A stretch of 64,000 bases of DNA. It comes from Vicinamibacterales bacterium. Lineage in GTDB: Bacteria > Acidobacteriota > Vicinamibacteria > Vicinamibacterales > UBA2999. The stretch is taken from the NCBI GenBank assembly GCA_035711805.1, contig DASTBV010000147.1, forward strand, positions 91,334-155,333, in the 5' to 3' direction. This document shows, one piece after another, positions 48,465 through 58,896 of the stretch (its first letter is position 1; every line of letters starts with the position of its first letter). Under the pieces are notes generated by a model, which saw only the letters and a program-made list of their open reading frames with translations, was not told the origin of the DNA and did no database searches. The translations under genes were made by a program, and so were the position numbers.

Positions 48465-50231
48465 ACAACTGGGGGAACTGACACGGACGCACACCTGCGG
48501 CGCGCTCCGCCCGGACGACGTGGGGGCCGACGTGGTGCTGCTCGGGTGGGTGCATCGCGTCCGCGATCTGGGCGGCCTCCTGTTCATCGACGTGCGGGAT
48601 CGCGAGGGCGTCACGCAGGTCGTGTTCGACAAGGACGACGAGGCGCTGATGGCGAAGGCCAAGCGGCTCCGCTCGGAGTTCGTGGTCGCGGCTACCGGCC
48701 GTGTGCGCCGGCGATCGGCCGACACGGTGAACCCGAAGCTCTCGACGGGCGAGGTGGAAGTGGTCGTACGTCAGCTCGTGCTCCTCAACGAGGCGAAGAC
48801 GCCGCCGTTTCCGATTGCCGACGAGACGCCGGTGGCCGAAGACGTACGCCTCAAGTACCGCTATCTCGACCTGCGCCGGCCCCGCCTGCAGGGGAACATG
48901 ATCCTCCGCCACCGGGTGACTTCGATCACACGGCGCTATTTCGACGAGAACGGCTTTCTTGAAATTGAAACGCCGATTCTGACGAAATCCACTCCCGAAG
49001 GTGCACGCGATTACCTGGTACCGAGCCGTGTTCACCCTGGCGAGTTTTTTGCCCTGCCCCAATCGCCGCAGCTGTTCAAGCAGATCCTGATGGTCGCCGG
49101 AATGGACCGTTATGTACAGATCTGCAAATGCTTCCGCGACGAGGACCTGCGCGCGGATCGGCAGCCGGAATTCACGCAGGTCGACGTCGAGATGTCGTTC
49201 GCGCGGCCGGAGACGATTTTCGGTGTCATCGAACCGTTGATGAAGCAGATCTTCGCCGTGATAGGCCGCGAGATCACCACGCCGTTTCCACGCATGCCGT
49301 ACGCCGAGGCGATCGCCAGGTATGGATCCGACAAGCCTGATCTGCGCTGCGGCATGGCGATCGAGGATCTGCGCGAGTTCTTCCGCGAGTCCAGCTTCCG
49401 GGTGTTCCGCGAGATCGTGGCGAACGGTGGAACCGTCCGCGGTTTCGTCGTCAGGAACGCCAGCGGCTATTCACGGAGCGAGGTGGACGGCCTGGTTGAT
49501 CAGGCGAAGGCGCTCGGTGCGACGGGGCTCGTCTGGGCTCGCCGCCTCGACGACGGCTCGGTGACCAGCTCGATCATGAAAGCGATGGGCGAGGACGCCG
49601 TCCGCAAACTGCTTGACGAGGCCCGAGTCAGCAACGGCGAACTGCTGCTGATAGCCGCCGGCGCACCCGACTCGACCTCGAAGCTGCTGGGCCAGCTCAG
49701 GCTGAACATCGCCCGTCGGGACAATCTGCTGCCCGCAGATGGGTACGCCTTTACCTGGATCGTGGACTTCCCCTTGCTGGAATGGGACGCTGGGGAAGGC
49801 AAGTGGATTTACGTGCATCACCCGTTCACGTCGCCGCACGATGACGACATCGGCCGTCTCGAAACGGATCCGGGCGCTGCCCGGGCGAAGGCCTACGATC
49901 TGGTGCTGAACGGCAGCGAGATCGGCGGCGGCAGCATCCGTATCCACGACTCCACGCTGCAGCGCCGGATGTTCTCGCTCCTCAACATCAGCGAGGAGGA
50001 GGCGCGGACGCGGTTTGGATTCTTCCTCGAGGCCCTCGAATACGGCACGCCTCCGCACGGCGGGATTGCTCTTGGCCTCGATCGCGTCATCGCCATCCTG
50101 GCGGCAGAGTCCTCGATTCGCGAGGTGATCGCCTTCCCGAAGACGGCTGCGGCGGTGGATCTGATGTCGGACGCACCCTCCCAGGTTGACCCACGTCAGC
50201 TCCGCGAGCTGCACATCCGGATCGCGAACAC

Positions 50232-50235
<4 letters not shown>
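48457..50235 (+). CDS. aspS: Aspartate--tRNA ligase
   Basis: 592 aa with an OB-fold N-terminus and class II motifs ([34 protein letters not shown]). Confidence 0.95.
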
Positions 50236-51215
<980 letters not shown>

Positions 51216-51659
51216 GTTCCACCGCCGGCTGACCGTAGAGATCGTGCTGCCGCCCGGCGTCCGCGCGCCGGGGCTCGCGGCCTGGCTCGAGCTGGTCGCG
51301 CCCGCCCGCGGGCGGGGTACTGTCATCGTTGCGGTGGTTCCCGACGGTCGCGTGCGGGAGCTGAATCGCCGCTATCGCGATAAAAACCTTCCCACGGACG
51401 TCCTGTCGTTTCCCGCCGATGAGCCCGGCCAGCTCGGCGATATCGTGATCGCGCTGGATGTTGCACGGCGACAGGCCAGGGCGGCAGGGCACAGCCTGGC
51501 CACGGAATTTCGGGTGCTTGCCCTGCACGGGCTGCTGCACCTTCTTGGCTATGATCACGAGCGCGACAACGGCGAAATGAGACGACTTGAACAGCGCCTG
51601 CGCCGTGCGGGCGGATTGCGGGAAGGTCTCATCGAGCGTGAGGCGCCGCGCCCCGCTCG

Positions 51660-52898
51660 ATGACGCCTCTCGCCATCTTCCTGCTCGGCTGCGCCACCGT
51701 CTTCCTCGGCGCGATCCAGGCGGCTTTCAGCGCGCTGATGCGGCTGTCGCTGCGGCTGATGGCCGAACGCGGCGGCCGCAGCGACCGGCTCGGCCACTAC
51801 CTCGACGATCCGATGCAGCTCTTCGTCCCGCTGCGGTTGCTGCTCGGGATCTGCATCGTGGCGGCCGGCGTGCTCATCGCGCGCGTCAGCGACGTGCGTG
51901 ACGCGACGTCGATCGCCGTCTTCGTCGTCTCGCTGATTTCCTTCGTGGTCGTATGCGAGCACGTGCTGCCGATGCTGATCGTACGAGCCAACCCGGAGCA
52001 GGCGCTCGATCTGATGCTGCCGGTGTTCCACGTGATGGCGCGTGCGCTTCTGCCGGTGACGCTCACGATCATCCGTATCTTCGGGCCGCGCCGCGACCGG
52101 GAATCCGCCAACGGCGGCAACGGCAGCGAATCCGAGGCCGAGACACCGCCCAACGCGACGGAATCGGCGGCCGACGACGCCATTTCGGACGAGGAAGGGC
52201 GGGAGCTCCTCCAGTCGATCGTCGATTTCACCGAAACCGTGGCCCGTGAGGTCATGACACCGCGGCCCGACATCGTCGCCGTGCACGTGGATACGTCGCT
52301 GGCCGATCTGCGGGCTCTGTTTCGCGAGGAGCAGTACTCGCGCATGCCGGTGTATCGCGACAGCCTCGACAACATCCTCGGCATCGTGTTCGTCAAGGAT
52401 CTAGTCGCGCTGCCGCCGGACGCGGCGCCGCCGATGACGACGCTGATGCGGACGGCGCACTTCGTGCCCGAGAGCAAGCGGGTGTCGGAGCTGCTCAAGG
52501 AGATGCAGCGTCGGCAGCTGCAGATGGCCATCGTCGTGGATGAATACGGCGGCACGGCGGGGCTCGTCACGCTCGAGGATTTACTCGAGGAAATCGTCGG
52601 CGAGATCCGCGACGAGTACGACGTCGAGAGCGAGACGGTGACCGACGAAGGCAATGGCGTCTTTACGTTCAGCGGCAAGGTGAACGTCGATGAAGTCCGC
52701 GAACGTTTGGGCGTGGATATCGAGCGCGAGGGCTTCGAGACGGTCGGCGGATTCCTGCTGTCGCAGCTTGGGCGGATGCCGTATGTTGGCGAGATCGTCG
52801 AAATCGACGAGCTCGTCTTCGAGGTGCTCGAGGTCGAGCGGCGGCGCATCACCAAGGTACGCGTGCGGCGGCGGCCGGAACCGGCCAGGGAGCCGTAA
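51660..52898 (+). CDS. CNNM/DUF21 + CBS pair + CorC_HlyC domain protein (hemolysin-family/CorC-like)
   Basis: N-terminal transmembrane domain, a CBS pair (AREVMTPRPDIVAV...) and a C-terminal CorC/HlyC domain (...ITKVRVRR). Confidence 0.88.
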   Translation: MTPLAIFLLGCATVFLGAIQAAFSALMRLSLRLMAERGGRSDRLGHYLDDPMQLFVPLRLLLGICIVAAGVLIARVSDVRDATSIAVFVVSLISFVVVCEHVLPMLIVRANPEQALDLMLPVFHVMARALLPVTLTIIRIFGPRRDRESANGGNGSESEAETPPNATESAADDAISDEEGRELLQSIVDFTETVAREVMTPRPDIVAVHVDTSLADLRALFREEQYSRMPVYRDSLDNILGIVFVKDLVALPPDAAPPMTTLMRTAHFVPESKRVSELLKEMQRRQLQMAIVVDEYGGTAGLVTLEDLLEEIVGEIRDEYDVESETVTDEGNGVFTFSGKVNVDEVRERLGVDIEREGFETVGGFLLSQLGRMPYVGEIVEIDELVFEVLEVERRRITKVRVRRRPEPAREP

Positions 52899-53851
52899 TG
52901 CCCACACGGCCGGATCTCGTCGTCCTTCACGAACACCCGGAGTGGCAGAAGCCGCTCTTCGACGCCCTCGAGCGCCGGGGAGTCGCCTACGCGCCATTCG
53001 ATCTCAAACACGCGGCCTTCAGCAATGACGAAACGGCGCTGGCGAGGCTGTATTTCAATCAGGCGAGCCCGAGTGCCTACGTCCGGGGCAATACCCGCGC
53101 CGTCCCGCTCGCGCTCGCCTATATGCGGACACTGGAGCGGCGCGGGGCGCGTGTGCTGAACGGCGCCGAGGTCTTCGCGCTGGAGTTGAGCAAGAGCGCG
53201 CAGGCGACGCTGCTGCGTACGCTCGGCATCGACACGCCATGGTCGATCACGTTCAACGACGCGGCGGCACTCCGCGCGTACCAGGACACGATTCGCTGGC
53301 CGGCGATCCTCAAGCCTGATCAGGGCGGCAGCGGTGCGCGTATTCATGTCGTCGAATCGCTGGAGCACGTCTGCTCGATCCTCTCAGCCAATCCAGAGGT
53401 GTGGCTCCCGGATAACCTGTTCCTCCTGCAGGAATACCTGCCGCACGACCCTGACCACGGCATCGTCCGGCTCGAGTTCCTCGGCGGCGAGCTCCTGTAC
53501 GCGATGCGGGTCAAAACCCACGGCCGCTTCAATTTGTGCCCATCGCCGGTCTGCAACCCGGACGACGGCGACGGCGTGTGCGAAGTACCGGAGGTGCATG
53601 CACCTCCGGTCGAGTTCTATCCTTACATCGAGGTGCCAAGAGACGCGGTGGAGGTGGCCGGACGGATCGTGCGTGCGGCCAGGCTGGACGTGGGCGGCAT
53701 CGAGTATCTCGAGACACCAGACGGCCGGCGGGTCTTCTACGACATCAACGCCAACTCGAACCTCCGCCCGTCCGTTGCAGCCGCCTTCGGATTCGATCCC
53801 TTCGAGCGCGTTGTCGACTTCCTCCAACGGGAGTTAGAACGAACGGCGTGA
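52898..53851 (+). CDS. ATP-grasp domain protein (RimK/glutathione-synthetase-like ligase, substrate unknown)
   Basis: 317 aa with ATP-grasp signatures (WPAILKPDQGGSGARIHVV, LFLLQEYLP, GGIEYLE...VFYDINANSN). Its ATG overlaps the corC-like TAA (TAATG), and its TGA overlaps the era GTG (GTGA). Confidence 0.75.
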   Translation: MPTRPDLVVLHEHPEWQKPLFDALERRGVAYAPFDLKHAAFSNDETALARLYFNQASPSAYVRGNTRAVPLALAYMRTLERRGARVLNGAEVFALELSKSAQATLLRTLGIDTPWSITFNDAAALRAYQDTIRWPAILKPDQGGSGARIHVVESLEHVCSILSANPEVWLPDNLFLLQEYLPHDPDHGIVRLEFLGGELLYAMRVKTHGRFNLCPSPVCNPDDGDGVCEVPEVHAPPVEFYPYIEVPRDAVEVAGRIVRAARLDVGGIEYLETPDGRRVFYDINANSNLRPSVAAAFGFDPFERVVDFLQRELERTA

Positions 53852-54741
53852 AATCGGGTTTCGTGTCGCTGCTCGGCCGGCCGAACGCCGGGAAATCGAC
53901 GCTGCTCAACCGCATCATCGGCCAGAAGCTCGCCATCGTCTCCGACAAGCCGCAGACCACGCGCACAAGGGTCGTCGGTGTGAAGAACTACCCGGAAGGG
54001 CAGGTAGTGTTCGTCGACACGCCAGGCGTCCACAAGCCGATGCACCGGCTCAACGTGCGGATGGTGGACATCGCGCGCGAGTCGATGCGCGAGGTTGACG
54101 TGCTGGCCTTGATCGTGGACGCGTCGGTGAAGCCGGGCAAGGGCGATCGGTACATGCTCGATCTGATGAAGGAAGCGACCCAGCCGGCAATTCTGGTCCT
54201 CAACAAGGTCGATCTCGTGGCAAAGCAAAAGCTCCTGCCGCTCATCGATCACTACCGGCAGGAGCACCCATTCGCCGAGATCGTGCCGGCATCGGCGTCG
54301 GACGGCACGAACGTGGACGTCCTCGAGAAGCTGTTTCTGCAGTACCTGCCGGAAGGCGAGCCGTTGTATCCGCCCGACTACCTGACGGCTCAGAGCGAGC
54401 GCTTCTTCGTTGCCGAAGTGGTGCGCGAGCAGGTGCTGCAGCTGACCCACGACGAGCTGCCGTTCTCGACCGCGGTGGTCGTCGATCGGTTCGACGAATC
54501 AGCCGATGACGAGCGAGTGGACCTGTATTGCACGATCCTCGTGGACCGTGAATCGCAGAAGCCGATCGTGATCGGGAAGGGCGGCGCCATGATCAAGCAG
54601 ATCGGCACCGCCGCACGCGCTGAGCTGGAGCGATACCTCGAGAAGCACGTCTATCTCGATCTGCACGTGAAGGTGAAATCGGAGTGGCGCGACGACGAGC
54701 GGATGCTGGACGAGATCAAGGCCCAGAACAGAGAACCCTAG
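53848..54741 (+). CDS. era: GTPase Era
   Basis: SGFVSLLGRPNAGKSTLLNRIIGQKLAIVSDKPQTTR...DTPG...NKVD and a C-terminal KH domain. GTG 53848 is chosen; the track start at 53536 lies inside the ATP-grasp gene. Confidence 0.93.
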   Translation: MKSGFVSLLGRPNAGKSTLLNRIIGQKLAIVSDKPQTTRTRVVGVKNYPEGQVVFVDTPGVHKPMHRLNVRMVDIARESMREVDVLALIVDASVKPGKGDRYMLDLMKEATQPAILVLNKVDLVAKQKLLPLIDHYRQEHPFAEIVPASASDGTNVDVLEKLFLQYLPEGEPLYPPDYLTAQSERFFVAEVVREQVLQLTHDELPFSTAVVVDRFDESADDERVDLYCTILVDRESQKPIVIGKGGAMIKQIGTAARAELERYLEKHVYLDLHVKVKSEWRDDERMLDEIKAQNREP

Positions 54742-54755
54742 ACCTGAAGATGAAA

Positions 54756-54775
54756 GGCCGACCTGAAGGTAGACC
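54756..54775. repeat. Degenerate GGCCGACC-TGAA-GGTAGACC hairpin after era
   Basis: It is part of tagacctgaagatgaaaggccgacctgaaggtagacctga, which contains three GACCTGA repeats. Confidence 0.5.
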
Positions 54776-54781
54776 TGATTC

Positions 54782-54835
54782 CGTGGCGCGAACCCTGCGG
54801 GTTCGCGCGGCGAGCCTTGCAGGCTCGCCCCACGA
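54782..54835. repeat. Conserved three-way-junction repeat (copy 2)
   Basis: CGTGG [CGCGAACCC-tgc-GGGTTCGCG] cg [GCGAGCCT-tgc-AGGCTCGC] c CCACGA. The stems are identical to copy 1; only the loops and junction differ. Confidence 0.8.
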
Positions 54836-54852
54836 AAATACGGCCAGATTGG

Positions 54853-55260
54853 TTAAGGCGTCAGCATCCGCTCCTTGCCGTCTTCGTTTTTCAGCTTCAA
54901 GGTCGTGGACGTGTCCTTGGCACCGATGCTTACATATGTTTGATGGGTCCCGGTCGGACCGGCTAAGGACATTCCCGAGCCGCCGCCCTCTGACGTGCTG
55001 ATCTTGACCGCCGGACGCCCCCGGTCGGTGATCAGACGCAACAGCACGGTCTCGGGGAAGGTGGACCCGTTTGCGGATTTCTCCTCGGGCATCACGCTGA
55101 TGCTGGCCCGCACCCGTCCTTTTGCATCGACGATCTCCAGACCCCGCCCACGCAGCATTGCCTCCGACGCAATCGCTGGCTTGTTGACCTGTGAAATCAG
55201 CAGGGCGAGCAGGAACAGGTTGACGACGGTGAGCACGATTCCGAATCGTTGTGGATTCAT
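54853..55260 (-). CDS. Hypothetical membrane-anchored protein
   Basis: 135 aa from ATG 55260. It has an N-terminal transmembrane segment (FGIVLTVVNLFLLALLI) followed by a beta-rich domain. It is the last gene of the ECF module. Confidence 0.55.
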   Translation of the reverse strand: MNPQRFGIVLTVVNLFLLALLISQVNKPAIASEAMLRGRGLEIVDAKGRVRASISVMPEEKSANGSTFPETVLLRLITDRGRPAVKISTSEGGGSGMSLAGPTGTHQTYVSIGAKDTSTTLKLKNEDGKERMLTP

Positions 55261-55267
55261 AGGAACC

Positions 55268-55759
55268 TCAGGATTGTGAACGCGCGAGCGCGGCAACCGC
55301 ATCGTCGACCTGCTTCTTCGTAGCGGGTTCGCGCAGCACTTCGCTCTTCTCGCGGATGAATGTTCCCTTGCTGACGGCGACGAGCGTGCTGGCCTCAGCC
55401 TTGGGGGATGCGCACGTCCCCTTCAGGTGCAATACCCACGCACCTTCCTGCGGCCACTGCTGATGGATGGCGTAGACCGCCTCCGCCGGCTCGACCGCGG
55501 TTAATGTGACCGGCAGCGATTGTCGCTTGCCGGCAACCACCCCTTCGGCAGTGCCGGTGATTCGCACGTTCGCGAGGTCCTGGCACACCACCGCGCGCAC
55601 CGCGACGATCAGCTTCTTGTCGGTCTTCTTGAAATACTTGTTGACTCCCAACGCCACGGGGGAGCCGATCTCAACGCGGAACATCGTTCCAGCCGTCGCC
55701 GAGGCTGCGACAACGGCGATGGTAGCGGTTCCCGCGGCGAGCAATCGGATCAGAGACAT
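55268..55759 (-). CDS. Hypothetical secreted protein
   Basis: 163 aa from ATG 55759, preceded by GGAG. It has a signal peptide (MSLIRLLAAGTATIAVVAASATA). The track ORF, which extends to 55996, reads through the repeat region. Confidence 0.55.
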   Translation of the reverse strand: MSLIRLLAAGTATIAVVAASATAGTMFRVEIGSPVALGVNKYFKKTDKKLIVAVRAVVCQDLANVRITGTAEGVVAGKRQSLPVTLTAVEPAEAVYAIHQQWPQEGAWVLHLKGTCASPKAEASTLVAVSKGTFIREKSEVLREPATKKQVDDAVAALARSQS

Positions 55760-55777
55760 ATGAGGGCTCCTTTCAAG

Positions 55778-55832
55778 GTCCGCCTGAAGGCGGACACTAC
55801 GCCGGTTCGTCCGCCTGAAGGCGGAAGCGACG
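55778..55832. repeat. Two tandem GTCCGCC-TGAA-GGCGGA(C/A) hairpins (31-nt period) inside the ECF operon
   Basis: 55778-55801 is identical to 7443-7466. The second copy, at 55809-55832, has a variant tail (GGCGGAAGCGACG). Confidence 0.8.
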
Positions 55833-55833
55833 G

Positions 55834-56865
55834 TCACCATTTCCAGGCGAGCTCTTCTCGCCACTCCCGAAGCGCGTCCGCGTCGAGTGCCAGTATCTGA
55901 CTGCGCGAGACCCCTGCCGGCGGCGGCGCGAACGCCGCAATCCCGTCGTAAACGCGAACCCTGTCCGGCTCGCCGACTCGCGACAACAAGTGCCACAGCG
56001 TGAGGGTGTCGCGCGTACGTGCTTCCCGGATGATGACGGCGAGCGCCTCTGTGCGCCGCCTCCCTTCATCGAAATCATCCACAGCCTCCTTCAGCGCGGC
56101 AGGCGCATCTTCGAAGTACGGCGTCCCGGGACCCGCGCCGGGCCTGGTCCTGCAGATGGCTCCAGCCGGCACCAGCGATTCGCGACCCTTGAACTCCAGC
56201 GCGGCCCAGCCCGACGTCATTCTGAGCTGCCCGGCGCCGTCCTCGCCGACCGTGACGGTGTAGGCGCAGCCGAGATCGACAACCGTGCTCGCCGGGGTAT
56301 CCACGATGAAGAGGCGGGGCGGCGCGACGATTTCCGCGCTGATGGTCCCACGCGCCAGCGCCAGCCGGTACTCGGATTCGCTGACCTCGCCGAGACGGAC
56401 ACGGGTCCCGGGCGCAACGTCAACGGTGCCCAGTGCCCCGACGGTGATGCGAGCCTCTGAGCCATCGTCCGTTTCGACCCACTCGCCACTGGTCATGCGG
56501 CGCGAGATGCCATCCTTCGTCTGCGCCACCTCCCATGGACCAGCGACGGAGTCGCGGGTCCACCAGTAGGCGCTACCGGCAATGACCAGCAGCACGGCGC
56601 AGGCAGCCGCCCACCGCAGCGGGAGACGGGCGGCAACGGTGCGGTGCGGCCCGGCCAGTGCTGCATCGATTCCGTGCCAGACAGATGGGGGAGCGCTGAC
56701 GGTGGTCAACTGACGAACCAGCGTCGCCGAAAACTGAATCTCATCGAGCGCAGCCCGGCACCGCTCGCACGATGCGAGGTGCGCCTCGACGCGCTGTCTC
56801 TCGACGGCCGGGAGTTCGCCGTCGTAGTACCGCGTCAACGATTGATCAACGTGCCTGGTGAACAT
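55834..56865 (-). CDS. Anti-sigma factor (zf-HC2 + transmembrane segment + FecR-like domain)
   Basis: The N-terminus (YYDGELPAVERQRVEAHLASCERCRAAL) is the zf-HC2 anti-sigma motif. It is followed by one transmembrane segment and a FecR-like beta domain. It overlaps the sigma gene by 20 nt. Confidence 0.8.
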   Translation of the reverse strand: MFTRHVDQSLTRYYDGELPAVERQRVEAHLASCERCRAALDEIQFSATLVRQLTTVSAPPSVWHGIDAALAGPHRTVAARLPLRWAAACAVLLVIAGSAYWWTRDSVAGPWEVAQTKDGISRRMTSGEWVETDDGSEARITVGALGTVDVAPGTRVRLGEVSESEYRLALARGTISAEIVAPPRLFIVDTPASTVVDLGCAYTVTVGEDGAGQLRMTSGWAALEFKGRESLVPAGAICRTRPGAGPGTPYFEDAPAALKEAVDDFDEGRRRTEALAVIIREARTRDTLTLWHLLSRVGEPDRVRVYDGIAAFAPPPAGVSRSQILALDADALREWREELAWKW

Positions 56866-57418
56866 TTCGTATTGGCGCCAGCTTCTTCGCCAGCAAACGA
56901 TGTCCTCGGCTCAGACGGGACGCCACCGTGCCGATCGAGCAGTTGAGCGCCCTTGCCATGTCTGAATAGGACAGATCGTCGAAATATCGCAGGAGGATGG
57001 CCGCGCGCAGCTTCGCCGGCAGCGTCGCAATCGCCTGCTGCACCGATGCCGCCAGCTGCTTCTGCGCGAACGACTCCTCGTGCGAGCCGGGCGCCGGCAT
57101 GCGGTCGAGCACCACCGGGTCGCCGGCGTCCGCGTCCCTGCGGCGGCTGCGCGACCGATCGACACACGCGTTGACGACCATCCGGTAGAGCCACGTCGAG
57201 AACGCGGCGTCTCCGCGAAATCGGGCGATCTCACGCATCAACTTCAGGAACACCTGCTGGGTTACCTCGCTTGCCGCATCGGCATCCGCATGAAAGAAGT
57301 AGAACGCGATCGAGTAGACGCGGTCCTTGTACGCCTCGTACAGCGCCCGGAACGCTTCCCGGTCCCCGCGGCGACAGGCCTCGAGGATTTCGGGGCTCAC
57401 GTCGCCACCCCCACCCAC
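56846..57418 (-). CDS. ECF-type RNA polymerase sigma-70 factor
   Basis: Region 2 (AFRALYEAYKDRVYSIAFYF...) and region 4 (LRAAILLRYFDDLSYSDMARALNCSIGTVASRLSRG). The alternative start is GTG 57400. Confidence 0.88.
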   Translation of the reverse strand: MGGGGDVSPEILEACRRGDREAFRALYEAYKDRVYSIAFYFFHADADAASEVTQQVFLKLMREIARFRGDAAFSTWLYRMVVNACVDRSRSRRRDADAGDPVVLDRMPAPGSHEESFAQKQLAASVQQAIATLPAKLRAAILLRYFDDLSYSDMARALNCSIGTVASRLSRGHRLLAKKLAPIRNVHQAR

Positions 57419-57425
57419 CTGACCA

Positions 57426-57454
57426 TTAGACGCGCCGATCTTCGTGTTTCTTCC
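57426..57454 (-). promoter_or_regulatory. Candidate ECF-type autoregulatory promoter (GGAAGA-16 nt-CGTCTAA)
   Basis: The minus strand reads tagcacGGAAGAaacacgaagatcggcgCGTCTAAtggtcagGTG. The -10-like element ends 7 nt before GTG 57418. Confidence 0.4.
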
Positions 57455-57494
57455 GTGCTACATTTAGCCGTTTATCAGTGTCGGAAGATTCACA

Positions 57495-58865
57495 ATGGCG
57501 GCGCAGCGCAGAATCGATCTCGTCCTCGACTCGGTCAAACGACTGCTGCGCATTGGTGCAACCGCTAACCTGTTGAACCTGCTGCAGAAGCAGCATCCTG
57601 CCGACCTCGCCCAGATTCTCGGCGAACTGCCCGACAAGGACCGCGAGGCCGCCTTCAGCCTCCTGGCGGATCGGAACGGCCGTCTCGCCATGGAGACGAT
57701 TTCCGAACTCGGCCCCGAGAAAGGCGCCGCACTCCTCGCCACTCGCTCGGCGGAAGAGATCGCCAAACTGGCTCAGGAGATCGAGTCGGACGATGCCGCC
57801 GCGCTGATCGATCACCTGCCCGAAGAGCTGTCGGCGGCTGTTCTCGATTTGATGCGACCCAAGGAGTCGGGGGTCGTCGAGAACCTCCTCGAATACGACG
57901 AGCAGACGGCCGGCCGCATCATGAACCCGAGTGTCTTCGCGTTGAACGAGGACATGACGGTTGGCGAGGCGATCACCGAGATCCAGAACAACCGCGACGT
58001 CGAGATGGTGTTCTACCTCTACGTCGTCGACGACCGCATGCACCTGGTGGGTGTCGTGTCTCTGCGCCGGCTGCTCCTGGTGTCGCCGGAGACACCGCTG
58101 AAGCGGATCATGACCGCCGATCTGATCAGCGCCCGCGTCGACATGGACCAGGAGGAAGTGGCGAGGCAGGTGGCCGCCTACAACCTGCTGGCGATTCCCG
58201 TTGTCGACGAAGAGAACAAGCTCGTCGGGATCATCACGGTTGACGACGTCATCGACGTCATCAAGGACGAAGCGACGGAGGACATCTACCGTCTGGCCGG
58301 TGTCGCCGGCGACGACCGGGCGTTTACCCCGGCGATCGAGTCGTTCCGGAAACGGCTGCCGTGGCTCGGCATCAACCTGATGACCGCGTTTCTGGCCACG
58401 GTCGTCGTGGCGATTTTCGAGCCGACGATCGACCAGCTGGCCGCCGTCGCGATCTTCATGCCCGTGGTTGCCGGGATGGGTGGAAACGCGGGCACGCAGA
58501 CGCTGACCGTAATCGTTCGCGGTATCGCGCTTGGCGAGCTGACGTGGAGCAACTCGAGGAAGGCCTTGCTGAAGGAGGCGACGGTCGGACTGGGCAACGG
58601 TATGGTGCTCGGGGTGATCGCTGCGCTGGTGGCGTGGGTCTGGCGCGGCAACGCGACGCTCGGTCTGGTACTCGGCGCGGCGATGATCATCAACATGTTC
58701 GTCGCCGCCACAGCCGGGACGCTGGTGCCGCTCGGGCTGCGGGCGGCGAACGTCGATCCCGCGCTCGCCTCGTCCGTGTTCATCACGACGCTGACCGATA
58801 TCGCCGGGTTCTTCGCGTACCTGGGTCTGGCGACCATCTTTATTCAGCACCTGGCGGGCTTGTAA
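57495..58865 (+). CDS. mgtE: Magnesium transporter MgtE
   Basis: N-domain, CBS pair and transmembrane domain with FMPVVAGMGGNAGTQTLT. Confidence 0.93.
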   Translation: MAAQRRIDLVLDSVKRLLRIGATANLLNLLQKQHPADLAQILGELPDKDREAAFSLLADRNGRLAMETISELGPEKGAALLATRSAEEIAKLAQEIESDDAAALIDHLPEELSAAVLDLMRPKESGVVENLLEYDEQTAGRIMNPSVFALNEDMTVGEAITEIQNNRDVEMVFYLYVVDDRMHLVGVVSLRRLLLVSPETPLKRIMTADLISARVDMDQEEVARQVAAYNLLAIPVVDEENKLVGIITVDDVIDVIKDEATEDIYRLAGVAGDDRAFTPAIESFRKRLPWLGINLMTAFLATVVVAIFEPTIDQLAAVAIFMPVVAGMGGNAGTQTLTVIVRGIALGELTWSNSRKALLKEATVGLGNGMVLGVIAALVAWVWRGNATLGLVLGAAMIINMFVAATAGTLVPLGLRAANVDPALASSVFITTLTDIAGFFAYLGLATIFIQHLAGL

Positions 58866-58896
58866 GCAGGGTTTTGCCACTAAAATAGACGGATTC

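Noticed and set aside
51797-53368. A 523-aa minus-strand ORF opposite the corC-like and ATP-grasp genes
   Set aside because: It is a Ser/Arg/Thr-rich low-complexity translation. The + strand genes have clear domain signatures and coupled starts and stops.
57419-57494. An M-box (Mg2+) riboswitch upstream of mgtE
   Set aside because: The spacer is 76 nt, far shorter than an M-box aptamer, and it must also hold the divergent sigma promoter.
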